Assembly (NCBI GenBank): GCA_045531685.1 | Contig: JAZSEL010000119.1 | Span: forward strand, 33,436-97,435 | Length of the DNA stretch: 64,000 nucleotides | Direction: 5' to 3' | Origin: Lachnospiraceae bacterium | Lineage (GTDB): Bacteria > Bacillota > Clostridia > Lachnospirales > Lachnospiraceae | Shown here: in pieces, positions 53,380 through 62,942 of the stretch | Layout: each line of letters opens with the position of its first letter | How positions within the stretch are numbered: the first letter of the stretch is position 1 | Notes under the pieces: generated by a model | What the model saw: only the letters and a program-made list of their open reading frames with translations | What the model was told of the DNA's origin: nothing | Databases searched by the model: none | Made by a program: the position numbers and the translations under genes

Positions 53380-53526
53380 TTTCAGTGTTTTTGAACCCTC
53401 TTCTTTTCTTTTTTAATAAATAAGTTTAGTTCCATGACTTGTGTTTCGTACTGTTTCTTGATAAAATTGAGTAGAAAAAAATTTTTTTCACATAAAAATT
53501 CACAAATTTTTATATGAGGGATATTT

Positions 53527-54522
53527 ATGGCTGTAACTATTAACGACATCGCAAATAAGCTGGGAATTTCAAAAAGTACCGTTTCCAAAGGATTAAATAA
53601 TGCAACCGACATCAGTCCTGAGATGAAACGTCTGATTATTGAGACAGCAGCCGAAATGGGCTATATTAACAAACGCGTCCGGCAGAACGCAAAAATTTGT
53701 ATTATTATAGAAAATATCGACTATCGTACTCCTAATCAGTTTGGATATGATATTATTAACGGTTTTAAACAAATGGCCGAAGCCGAAGGGTATCTTGTTG
53801 ACATCCTTCCTATTACCCCGGATTTCCAACAGGCAACCCCTTACGATATCTTTATGATTCAGGAAGGGTATCAGGCGGCTTTCATTTTAGGCTTCGCTTC
53901 CATAGACCCTTGGATGCAGGAATTCCGCACCTCCCACTATCCTACCGTCTTATTTGACAATCAGGTAAAAGGGAATCCGAATGTTGCCTCCGTTGGTTGT
54001 GATAACGCAGAAGGCTTTGATGCCGCAGTCAGACATTTAGTTAAACTGGGGCATACCAAAATCGGCTTAATTTCCGGTCCGTTAGAGTCCTATATTCTCA
54101 CGGCACGCTATAACGCCTACATTGCGGCTTTACAAAAATATGGTTTGGAAGTCAATGAAAAATTCATTGGTCTTGGATATTATGTATCCGAATCCACCCG
54201 TACCTACATCCCGCAGTTATTGGATCAGGGTGTTACCGCCATTCTTTTTTCCCACGACATCCGTGCTATTTCTGCGATAACCGAATGTAATGACCGTGAG
54301 ATCCGTATTCCTGAGGACCTTAGTATCATCGGTTTTGATGATTTACCTCTGGCCGCTTACTGTGAGCCACCGCTCACCACTGTCCGTCAGGACAGAACTG
54401 CACTTGGTAAATGCGGATACTACGCCATGTCCTCTTTACTGAACAATGTACCTATTGGTTCTATCCTTTTGCGCGCACCTCTGGTAATCCGCCAGTCAAC
54501 AGGACCTGCGCCAAAGCGCTGA
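53527..54522 (+). CDS. LacI-family transcriptional regulator
   Basis: MAVTINDIANKLGISKSTVSKGLNN HTH motif followed by a periplasmic-binding-fold sugar domain. Confidence 0.93.
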   Translation: MAVTINDIANKLGISKSTVSKGLNNATDISPEMKRLIIETAAEMGYINKRVRQNAKICIIIENIDYRTPNQFGYDIINGFKQMAEAEGYLVDILPITPDFQQATPYDIFMIQEGYQAAFILGFASIDPWMQEFRTSHYPTVLFDNQVKGNPNVASVGCDNAEGFDAAVRHLVKLGHTKIGLISGPLESYILTARYNAYIAALQKYGLEVNEKFIGLGYYVSESTRTYIPQLLDQGVTAILFSHDIRAISAITECNDREIRIPEDLSIIGFDDLPLAAYCEPPLTTVRQDRTALGKCGYYAMSSLLNNVPIGSILLRAPLVIRQSTGPAPKR

Positions 54523-54571
54523 TAGAAATCCTCAAGGACAAATACGAATATTCTTTTCTATTTATGACAGT

Positions 54572-54606
54572 AAAAGTGCCACCGACATCATGTCAGTGGC
54601 ACTTTT
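54572..54606. terminator. Bidirectional terminator between the convergent lacI-type and rsgA genes
   Basis: AAAAGTGCCAC-loop-GTGGCACTTTT, flanked by A/T runs on both sides. Confidence 0.75.
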
Positions 54607-54612
54607 CATTTC

Positions 54613-55506
54613 TTAATATTTTTTCCGGTTGCTGCATTCTTCATATATCTGCTTATAGTTCTCGTAGCGTACCCGGCTAATTTCACCGTCCTCAACCGCC
54701 TGCTTAATGACACAATCCGGTTCGCTCATATGATTGCATCCCAAAAACCGGCACTGTCCTTCTATATTATCAAATTCCGGATAATACCATTTAATATCTT
54801 CCTTTTCCAAATCAAATACTGCAAGGGAACTAAAACCCGGAGTATCCAAAATATAGGAATCGTCCTGCAGGGTAATTAGTTCGCTGTGTCTGGTCGTATG
54901 TTTTCCGCGCTCAATCTTTTCACTGATACTGCCGGTCTCCATCCGTACATCCGATTGGAGAAGATTAATAAAAGAAGATTTCCCCACACCGCTTGGACCT
55001 GCAACCGTAGAAGTTTTTCCCATAAGACAGGACTTCACCTCTTCGATTCCTTCCTGATTGGCAGCACTCATAAAATATACCGGATGTCCCGTACCTTTAT
55101 AAACATTCGCAAGTTCTGCCATTTCTTCTTCTGTAATCAAATCCTTTTTATTAAAGCAAATAACCGTAGGAATCTCTTTTTGCTCCATCATAAGAAGAAA
55201 ACGGTCCAATAAATTAAAGTTTGGCTTGGGCTTATCCGCCGCAAATATTACCAATGCCTGATCCACATTGGCTACTGCCGGCCGGATTAAGTCATTTTTT
55301 CTGGGCAGAATACGGTCCACATTTCCCAACCGTTTTCCGTTATCCAACACAGAGATTTCTACATTATCGCCAACAAGGGGTTTTTCGTTATTCTTACGAA
55401 ATACCCCTTTTGCTTTGCATTCATATATCCCATCACCGGCTACATGCACATAGTAAAAACCGGCAATGCCTTTCACAATTTTTCCAAGTATTGCCATACG
55501 TTGCAT
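54613..55506 (-). CDS. rsgA: Ribosome small-subunit-dependent GTPase A
   Basis: 297 aa with a circularly permuted GTPase (NKKDL ... GPSGVGKSS) and a C-terminal zinc knuckle. Confidence 0.94.
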   Translation of the reverse strand: MQRMAILGKIVKGIAGFYYVHVAGDGIYECKAKGVFRKNNEKPLVGDNVEISVLDNGKRLGNVDRILPRKNDLIRPAVANVDQALVIFAADKPKPNFNLLDRFLLMMEQKEIPTVICFNKKDLITEEEMAELANVYKGTGHPVYFMSAANQEGIEEVKSCLMGKTSTVAGPSGVGKSSFINLLQSDVRMETGSISEKIERGKHTTRHSELITLQDDSYILDTPGFSSLAVFDLEKEDIKWYYPEFDNIEGQCRFLGCNHMSEPDCVIKQAVEDGEISRVRYENYKQIYEECSNRKKY

Positions 55507-57504
55507 TTATTCCTTTGCAAACTTAACACTGCGTCTTACCTGACGCTCTTCTACAGTTTCCGGGGTGGTAATTACTTCCCCATTTTCATTGGTGGATGTG
55601 GTTCCCGGAGTTGTTACATTATAAATAATGTACACAAGTCCGTCCTCCGCACCGGTAATTCCGGACACATTAAATGACACCGGGAATGTAGAAGTGGTCT
55701 CTCTCTTTAATTCTATTCCGGTATTCGTAGTCAGAATTACAATTGCGGGTGTTCCTGCTACATACTGGGCATCCTCTGCGCCCGGGCCTTCAATATTTCC
55801 AACAAAGCTGTAGGTAGATGCTCCGGTTCCCAGGCTGACTTTAAAGTCCACAGCGGTTCCCTCTTCTACCTCTACATCCTGTGAATAGCTCTGATAACAT
55901 ACCAAATTGGTAAGGGAAGGATCGGTATGATTGGTTTGACTGACAGTACCTACCTCTAATCCGCTTTCAATCAATACCACAATGGCGTCTTCCTCACTAA
56001 GTCCAATCAGATTCGGTACTTTTACCTTTCCTACGCTGGCACTGATACTTACATATACGGTTACACTGGTTCCGCGCTCTGCCTTGCTGCCAGCCTCCGG
56101 CACCTGACTGATAACATTGCCTTTGCGGACCGTAGTTGACTCGCTCTCTTCCTTCACCACCTTAAAGCCTTCTTTATTCAAGGTTGCTACTGCTTCTGCA
56201 TAGGAACGGCCACTGACATCCGGAATGGCTACCAGATTTTCATTTTCATCTGCTTCTTGCGTATCCACAATCTGTTCCACTTCCGAAGTAATGATACTTT
56301 CTTCAATAGTGGATTCCTCTACGACTACCTCATTTTCAAATCCAAACAAGCCCATCTTTTTACCGGCAAGGAGAATCACTACTGCACCAAATAAGATGGC
56401 GGCAATAATGGCAAGGATGGTAGTAATCTTATCCATCTTGGAATCCTCTTCCTCATCCTCTTCCACCACTTCCTTACGGCTGCTTGTTCTTGGTTTCTCA
56501 TCGATATTCTGCGGACGCTTTTTCTTTACCGGCTTTGGCTGCTCCTCACTGACACGCATGCGGATAGCCTCATCCATATTGTCGCGTTTTTTAGACTGTT
56601 TCTTAATCTGCTGCATATCCCTATCGGTAATCATACGGGTAGCTGCATCTTCTTCCGGATTAGAAATCTTTACAAAATCCTCATCCGGACGCATCAATGA
56701 CTGCTTTAAGTCATCAATGACTTCCGTCATAGACTGATATCTTCTGTCCGGGCTCTTCTGAGTACACTTAAATACAATCTGCTCTACACTGATTGGTATC
56801 TCCGGAATATATTCTCTAGGAGACGGCATTGGCTCCTGGATATGTTTGATGGCAATAGCAACCGTAGTCTCTCCGTTAAAAGGCACACGTCCGGTAAGCA
56901 TCTCAAACATGGTAATACCAAGAGAATAGATATCACTCTTTTCATCCGAATAGCCGCCCCTTGCCTGTTCCGGAGAAGTATAATGTACAGACCCCATTAC
57001 ATTAGAAGTAATGGTATTGCTGGTAACTGCTTTGGCAATACCGAAGTCGGTTACCTTTACTTTTCCTTCCTTGCTGATCATAATATTCTGCGGTTTAATA
57101 TCACGATGAATAATATGATTATTATGGGCAGCCTGAATACCCATGGATACCTGTATCGCAATACTGATTGCCTCTTTTACGGACAATCTTGCCTTCTTTT
57201 CAATATACTGTTTTAATGTAATACCCTCTACCAATTCCATAACAATGTAGTGGGTTCCGCTTTCTTCCCCAACATCATATACATTTACAATATTTGGGTG
57301 CATCATCCCTGCTGCCGCCTGTGCTTCTGTCCGGAACTTGGAAACAAAGTTTACATTTTCCGAAAACTCCTGCTTTAATACCTTAACAGCAACAAAGCGG
57401 TTTAATTTGTGACATTTTGCTCTATATACATCCGACATACCGCCGGTTCCGATTTTCTCAAGGACCTCATACCGGTCGCCTAATATCATTCCAATCTTAA
57501 TCAT
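55507..57504 (-). CDS. prkC: PASTA-domain Ser/Thr protein kinase (PrkC/Stk1 type)
   Basis: 665 aa with the kinase motifs GTGGMSDVY, HRDIKPQN and DFGIA, a TM segment, and PASTA repeats. Confidence 0.94.
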   Translation of the reverse strand: MIKIGMILGDRYEVLEKIGTGGMSDVYRAKCHKLNRFVAVKVLKQEFSENVNFVSKFRTEAQAAAGMMHPNIVNVYDVGEESGTHYIVMELVEGITLKQYIEKKARLSVKEAISIAIQVSMGIQAAHNNHIIHRDIKPQNIMISKEGKVKVTDFGIAKAVTSNTITSNVMGSVHYTSPEQARGGYSDEKSDIYSLGITMFEMLTGRVPFNGETTVAIAIKHIQEPMPSPREYIPEIPISVEQIVFKCTQKSPDRRYQSMTEVIDDLKQSLMRPDEDFVKISNPEEDAATRMITDRDMQQIKKQSKKRDNMDEAIRMRVSEEQPKPVKKKRPQNIDEKPRTSSRKEVVEEDEEEDSKMDKITTILAIIAAILFGAVVILLAGKKMGLFGFENEVVVEESTIEESIITSEVEQIVDTQEADENENLVAIPDVSGRSYAEAVATLNKEGFKVVKEESESTTVRKGNVISQVPEAGSKAERGTSVTVYVSISASVGKVKVPNLIGLSEEDAIVVLIESGLEVGTVSQTNHTDPSLTNLVCYQSYSQDVEVEEGTAVDFKVSLGTGASTYSFVGNIEGPGAEDAQYVAGTPAIVILTTNTGIELKRETTSTFPVSFNVSGITGAEDGLVYIIYNVTTPGTTSTNENGEVITTPETVEERQVRRSVKFAKE

Positions 57505-58244
57505 CTATCCACCTCGTCTGCAAACGGTTCAATCAAAATAACGGTAATATTATCTTTTCCTCCGTTTTGATTGGCTGCCGCCACTAATGCTTCCGCCTTA
57601 CCTGCAATATCCTTTCTGGAAAGAAGGAGCATCCGTATCTCTTCATCTTCAATCATATTGGTCAACCCGTCGGAACACAAAAGAATCAAATCGCCTTTTG
57701 TTAATTTTACAGGGAAAAAATCAACCTTAATCTCATCCTCTGCACCGATTGCTCTGGTGATGATGTTTTTATCCTGATGTACCCTGGCCTGGTCTCTTCC
57801 GATACCACCCATGCGGACCATCTCTTCCACCAGGGAATGGTCCACTGTAATCTGCTTAATCTCCTGATTAATTACATACAGGCGGCTGTCTCCCACATTG
57901 GCAACACACATCATATCATCTTCTATTGTCGCCGCAACAACCGTAGTTCCCATGCCGCTTAATTCTTCATTCTCCCTGCTCTTAGCACGGATATGGGCAT
58001 TGGCCTTTTGAATGGCATGCTCCAATGTTGCAACCGTTGTGTCCTTTGACTTCTCAATTTCCTCTACGATTGTGGCAATGGCATACTTTGATGCATAGTC
58101 TCCTGCATTGTGTCCTCCCATTCCGTCTGCTACAATAAACAGATTTTTAAGAGGTCCCACAGGGATTTCAGAAGTAAACACATAGTCCTGATTCTGTTTT
58201 CGCTTTTGTCCTATATCCGTAATTGAAAATGTCTTTAACATCAT
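57501..58244 (-). CDS. PP2C-family Ser/Thr phosphatase (Stp/PrpC type)
   Basis: 247 aa with DIGQKRKQNQD, ADGMGGH and DGL motifs. It has a 4-nt overlap with the kinase gene. Confidence 0.93.
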   Translation of the reverse strand: MMLKTFSITDIGQKRKQNQDYVFTSEIPVGPLKNLFIVADGMGGHNAGDYASKYAIATIVEEIEKSKDTTVATLEHAIQKANAHIRAKSRENEELSGMGTTVVAATIEDDMMCVANVGDSRLYVINQEIKQITVDHSLVEEMVRMGGIGRDQARVHQDKNIITRAIGAEDEIKVDFFPVKLTKGDLILLCSDGLTNMIEDEEIRMLLLSRKDIAGKAEALVAAANQNGGKDNITVILIEPFADEVDR

Positions 58245-58249
58245 GTCTC

Positions 58250-59284
58250 CTATTCTTCAACACTCTGCAATACTTTCCGTCTAAGCTGTCCACAGGCGCC
58301 GTCTATATCCGCACCCATTTCCCTTCTTATTGTAACGGCAATCTGATTTTTTTCAAGTTTATTTTTAAATGCAAGGATTTCCTGCTTAGAACCCCTCTTA
58401 TAATCCCTCTCCTTAATCGGATTTACCGGAATCAGATTTACATGCCCTGCATACTTCTTTGCAATAGCAATTAATTCCTTTGCATCTTCCGGTGTATCGT
58501 TTACACCACCCACCAGACTGTACTCAAATGTAATTCGTCTTCCTGTGGTTTTATAATACTCACCACAGGCCTTAAGTACTTCCTCAAGAGGGTATGTATT
58601 GGCAACCGGCATTAACTCTCTGCGCTTGTCATTGGTAGTGGCGTGAAGAGATAAGGCTAATGTAATCTGCAATTTTTCTTCTGCCAGTTTCCGAATCTGC
58701 GGTACCAGTCCGCATGTGGAGACGGTAATATTACGCTGACTGATATGGAGCCCATCTTCATTTGTCAACAGACGGATAAAACGAATCAAATTCTCTAAAT
58801 TATCAAGAGGTTCCCCCGTTCCCATAACTACCACATTGGAAACTCTCTCCCCCGTACTTCTCGTAATTGCATAAATCTGGTCCAACATCTCAGAAGGCAA
58901 AAGATTTCTCTCCCACCCATCCAAAGTAGACGCACAGAAGCGGCATCCCATTTTGCACCCAACCTGGGAGGAAATACAAACACTATTCCCATGCTGATAG
59001 CGCATGAACACGCTTTCCACATAATTACCGTCCGAGAGTTCAAATAAAAACTTCTTTGTACCATCCAATTTGGATTCCTGAATCCTCACAGGCTTTAGAC
59101 AGATATATTCGTATTTTTCACTAAGCTCACTGCGTAAATCCTTGGACAGATTGGTCATATCCTCAAAACCCGCTGCCAGCTTCTGATGCATCCACTGATA
59201 CACCTGCGTCGCACGGAATGCCGGCATTCCCTGTCCCTTTAATTCTTCCTTCAGTTCCTCCAAAGTCATGGATTTAATGTCCAT
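58250..59284 (-). CDS. rlmN: 23S rRNA/tRNA (adenine-C2)-methyltransferase RlmN (radical SAM)
   Basis: 344 aa with the SSQVGCKMGCRFCAS cluster and GMGEP. Confidence 0.95.
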   Translation of the reverse strand: MDIKSMTLEELKEELKGQGMPAFRATQVYQWMHQKLAAGFEDMTNLSKDLRSELSEKYEYICLKPVRIQESKLDGTKKFLFELSDGNYVESVFMRYQHGNSVCISSQVGCKMGCRFCASTLDGWERNLLPSEMLDQIYAITRSTGERVSNVVVMGTGEPLDNLENLIRFIRLLTNEDGLHISQRNITVSTCGLVPQIRKLAEEKLQITLALSLHATTNDKRRELMPVANTYPLEEVLKACGEYYKTTGRRITFEYSLVGGVNDTPEDAKELIAIAKKYAGHVNLIPVNPIKERDYKRGSKQEILAFKNKLEKNQIAVTIRREMGADIDGACGQLRRKVLQSVEE

Positions 59285-59326
59285 TCCGTCAATCCTCTCT
59301 TGCCGTCAACCTATGTGTTACGTTAT

Positions 59327-60691
59327 CTATTCATTATATGGCGCCCGTAACCGTGCCATGAAAAATCCGTCTGATTTTTCCCCCGGAAGCAAAGTCAGAT
59401 ATCCTTTTTCTGTATCTTTACCATGCAATTCTTCCGGAAGGTATGGATTCAGACTTTCTGCTGTAAATCCCAAGGTTTCTGTTAAATAGGAAACCATTTG
59501 TTCATTTTCTTCTTTTCTGAGAGTACAGGTACTGTAAACCATAGTTCCACCCGGTTTTACATATTCGCAAACCGTATCCACAATTTCTTTTTGCAAAGAA
59601 TCCAATTCCGCAAAAGAATCCTGTTCCAAACGATACTTGATTTCCGGCTTTCTTCCCATGACTCCAAGACCGGAACACGGAATATCCAAAAGCACCACAT
59701 CCGCTTTGTGAATCACTTCTTCATCTTTAACACGGGCGTCCCATACCTTTACTTTTAGATTATCTGCCCGCATTCTTTCTTTATTTTCTATAATCAGGTC
59801 TACCTTACTGTCAGAAACATCCCTGGCATCCACCACGCCGCCTTCTGAAACCTTACTACAGGCATGAAGTGCCTTTCCCCCCGGTGCACTGCACACGTCA
59901 ATGACATAATCCTTAGGAGAAAATCCTGCGATTTCGCCCACCAGCATACTGCTCACATCCTGAACCGTATAAAGGCCATTCACAAAATTAACATCCTCTC
60001 TTACACTTCCGGATAATGTTAATTCGTAAGCATAAGAAAGCCACGGATGGACCTTAGCTTCAATACCAAGGGATTCCCAACCTTTTACTACCTGTTCCTT
60101 TTCCTCAACGGATAAGTTTTCTGCCAGTCTTACACAGACCGGACGTTCCACTAAGTATCCCTTTAAGATTTCTTCCGTCTGTTGGTTTCCATACTGAGAA
60201 AGCAATAGCTTAACAAGACTCTCCGGCATAGAATACTCTACGGACATTGCTCTGACAGGTTCCTTCTCTTTGTTAGGGAATACAACCGACTCCTTCCCTC
60301 TTGCAATGTTACGGAGCACACCGTTTACAAATCCCTTAAGGGGACCAAATCCCCTCTTTGTTGCCAGCTTAACCGCCTCATTACAGGCCGCACTGTCAGG
60401 TACCTTATCTAAATACAGAATCTGATACACACTCATGCGCATCAGACTTCTGATAAATGGTTTCATTTTATTCACCGGCACCTTAGAAAACTGATTAATG
60501 ACATAATCAATGGTCATCATTCTCTCCAAGGTACCCTCTGTTACTTTTTTAATAAAACTCTTGTCATGTCCCGGCAAATAATTATATTTATCCAAAACAT
60601 TCCGAATCAGGATATGGCTTTTTTCCCTGCCTGCGGTAATCTCAAGCACCATATCCGTGACAAGCTCTCTTACATTAACGTTTTTATCCAC
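59327..60691 (-). CDS. rsmB: 16S rRNA (cytosine967-C5)-methyltransferase RsmB
   Basis: A NusB-like N-domain is followed by a SAM methyltransferase domain (DVCSAPGGK, DIPCSG, YSTCT). The start was set at the GTG preceded by AGGAG, which removes the overlap with the upstream gene. Confidence 0.9.
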   Translation of the reverse strand: MDKNVNVRELVTDMVLEITAGREKSHILIRNVLDKYNYLPGHDKSFIKKVTEGTLERMMTIDYVINQFSKVPVNKMKPFIRSLMRMSVYQILYLDKVPDSAACNEAVKLATKRGFGPLKGFVNGVLRNIARGKESVVFPNKEKEPVRAMSVEYSMPESLVKLLLSQYGNQQTEEILKGYLVERPVCVRLAENLSVEEKEQVVKGWESLGIEAKVHPWLSYAYELTLSGSVREDVNFVNGLYTVQDVSSMLVGEIAGFSPKDYVIDVCSAPGGKALHACSKVSEGGVVDARDVSDSKVDLIIENKERMRADNLKVKVWDARVKDEEVIHKADVVLLDIPCSGLGVMGRKPEIKYRLEQDSFAELDSLQKEIVDTVCEYVKPGGTMVYSTCTLRKEENEQMVSYLTETLGFTAESLNPYLPEELHGKDTEKGYLTLLPGEKSDGFFMARLRAPYNE

Positions 60692-60710
60692 AAATAACTC
60701 CTGTTTACTG

Positions 60711-61424
60711 CTAATCGTTTCGTCTTCTGCCGCCAAACAAAATGATCAATCGTAATAATTGTAAAATAGACGCAGCCGCTGCTGCCACATAGGTAAGTGC
60801 TGCTGCCGATAGTACTTTTCTTGTTTGTTTTAATTCTTCACCGCTTAAAATTCCATGCTGTTCTACCATACCAACGGCTCTTCTTGAAGCATTGAATTCC
60901 ACCGGTAAGGTTACAATCTGAAATAAAACCGCAAGAGAGAATACCCAGATACCAATCTGAATCAACATACCATTACTTCCTAACAGAACACCTAATAAAA
61001 TAATCGGTATTCCCAAACGCGAACCAAAGTTGGCAGCCGGAACAATGGCACTGCGGATTTTAAGCGGTAAATATTCATCATTATGCTGCAGGGCATGTCC
61101 ACATTCATGGGCAGCAACCCCAATTGCCGCTACGGATGGAGACGAATACGTAGCATCCGATAACCGAAGCACCTTATTCTTAGGGTCATAGTGATCCGTC
61201 AGATTCCCTGACACATGCTCCACCGTCACATCATAAATTCCGTTTCTCTGTAAAATTTTCTGTGCCGCTTCCGCCCCTGTCATTCCGGTCATACTGCGTA
61301 CACGTTTGTACTTATTAAACGTAGAATTCACCTTCGCTGACGCAATCATGGATAAAATTGCACCAATCAACACCAAAATATACGTCCAGTCAAATCCGTA
61401 ATAATAACCATATGGTCCAAACAT
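60711..61424 (-). CDS. Zinc metallopeptidase (membrane-associated, HExxH)
   Basis: 237 aa with the HECGHALQH motif and TM segments. Confidence 0.85.
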   Translation of the reverse strand: MFGPYGYYYGFDWTYILVLIGAILSMIASAKVNSTFNKYKRVRSMTGMTGAEAAQKILQRNGIYDVTVEHVSGNLTDHYDPKNKVLRLSDATYSSPSVAAIGVAAHECGHALQHNDEYLPLKIRSAIVPAANFGSRLGIPIILLGVLLGSNGMLIQIGIWVFSLAVLFQIVTLPVEFNASRRAVGMVEQHGILSGEELKQTRKVLSAAALTYVAAAAASILQLLRLIILFGGRRRND

Positions 61425-61481
61425 ATCTTATTCCTTCTTTCTTAATTAATTCCCCTCTGAATTTTTCATTATACGCAAAAC

Positions 61482-62420
61482 TTAATTAGGGAATACCATT
61501 CCTTTTTCAATCGGGTATCCCAACAGAAACGCACTTACTTCCATGCGCTTCTTTCCTTCCAACTGCACTTCATTGATTTGTAACAAGCCATTCCCTGTCT
61601 GGATGCTGAAGCTGTCCTTGGTTACTTCACATACTTCCCCATAAGCTTTAAATGTGATACTGTTTTTTTCTACCACATCCGCATCCCATATCTTTAGTGT
61701 TTTCCCTTTGAAATGAGTATATGCACTCGGCCAGGAATTTAAGCCGCGGATTTTACGTTCCAGCACAACTGCATCTTGTGAAAAATCAAGACGTCCGATT
61801 TCTTTCGTAAGCTTTCCGGCATGTGTGGCTTTGGATTCGTCCTGCTTTTCCGGAACAATAAGACCTTTTTCAATATCTTCTAAAGTCTTTACAATTAATT
61901 CCGCTCCGCAAACTGCCAGTCTGTCAAACAAGCTTGCACCCGTTTCCTTTTTATCCAGCTTAATCACCGCTCTGGATAAAATATCACCCGTATCCACGCC
62001 TTCATTCATCTGCTGGATGGTAACACCGGTTTCTTCCTCACCGTCAATAACCGCCCATTGGATTGGTGCCGCACCACGGTATTTCGGAAGCAGTGACGCA
62101 TGAATATTCACACAGCCAAAACGTGGCATATCCAAGATTTCCTTTGATAAAATCTGACCAAATGCCGCTACTACAAAAATATCCGCTTCGTATGTCTTTA
62201 ACTCTGCAACGGATTCTTCTGTCCGGATTTTTACCGGCTGAAATACCGGAAGATTATGCGCAAGAGCACATGCCTTAACCGGAGATATCTGTACCTCCTT
62301 GCCTCTTCCCTTTGGCTTATCCGGCTGTGTCACAACCGCAGTCACTTCATGTCCCGCATTAATTATTGCTTCCAATGCTCCCACTGCAAAATCAGGAGTT
62401 CCCATAAAAACTACTTTCAT
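61482..62420 (-). CDS. fmt: Methionyl-tRNA formyltransferase
   Basis: 312 aa with MKVVFMGTPDFAV, HASLLPKYRGAAPI. Confidence 0.96.
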   Translation of the reverse strand: MKVVFMGTPDFAVGALEAIINAGHEVTAVVTQPDKPKGRGKEVQISPVKACALAHNLPVFQPVKIRTEESVAELKTYEADIFVVAAFGQILSKEILDMPRFGCVNIHASLLPKYRGAAPIQWAVIDGEEETGVTIQQMNEGVDTGDILSRAVIKLDKKETGASLFDRLAVCGAELIVKTLEDIEKGLIVPEKQDESKATHAGKLTKEIGRLDFSQDAVVLERKIRGLNSWPSAYTHFKGKTLKIWDADVVEKNSITFKAYGEVCEVTKDSFSIQTGNGLLQINEVQLEGKKRMEVSAFLLGYPIEKGMVFPN

Positions 62421-62421
62421 G

Positions 62422-62907
62422 CTATTCCTCTTCTTCCATTACCAAATCTTCCGCATCTACCAGGTCACCTTCAACCCGTTCTGTATACAGATGTCCGTCT
62501 AAATGCTCTAACTCATGGCAAATGGCTCTTGCCATAAGCTCTGTTCCCTCAACGGTAAATTCTTCCATCTTCTCATTGTAGGCTACAGCCTTCACATAAT
62601 TTGGGCGTGTTACAATTCCATATTTACCCGGAACACTCAAACAACCTTCGTATCCGGACTGTTCGCCGCTTGTCTCGATAATTCTTGGATTAATCATTAA
62701 AATAGGGTCTTCCCCCGTAGTATCAATAACCACAATACGCTTTAAGATACCTACCTGAGGAGCTGCAAGTCCAACCCCGTTTGTCTCATACATGGTATCA
62801 AACATATCATCGATTAATTCCAAGGTTCTCTCCGTTATTTCTTTTACTTCCTTACAGGTTTTGTTTAAAATCGGATCTCCTGTTACCCTTACTTCTCTTA
62901 CTGCCAT
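62422..62907 (-). CDS. def: Peptide deformylase
   Basis: 161 aa with GVGLAAPQ, EGCLS and HELEH motifs. Confidence 0.96.
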   Translation of the reverse strand: MAVREVRVTGDPILNKTCKEVKEITERTLELIDDMFDTMYETNGVGLAAPQVGILKRIVVIDTTGEDPILMINPRIIETSGEQSGYEGCLSVPGKYGIVTRPNYVKAVAYNEKMEEFTVEGTELMARAICHELEHLDGHLYTERVEGDLVDAEDLVMEEEE

Positions 62908-62942
62908 TTTTTCCTCACATTCCCACTGTCGTGCTTTGTATT

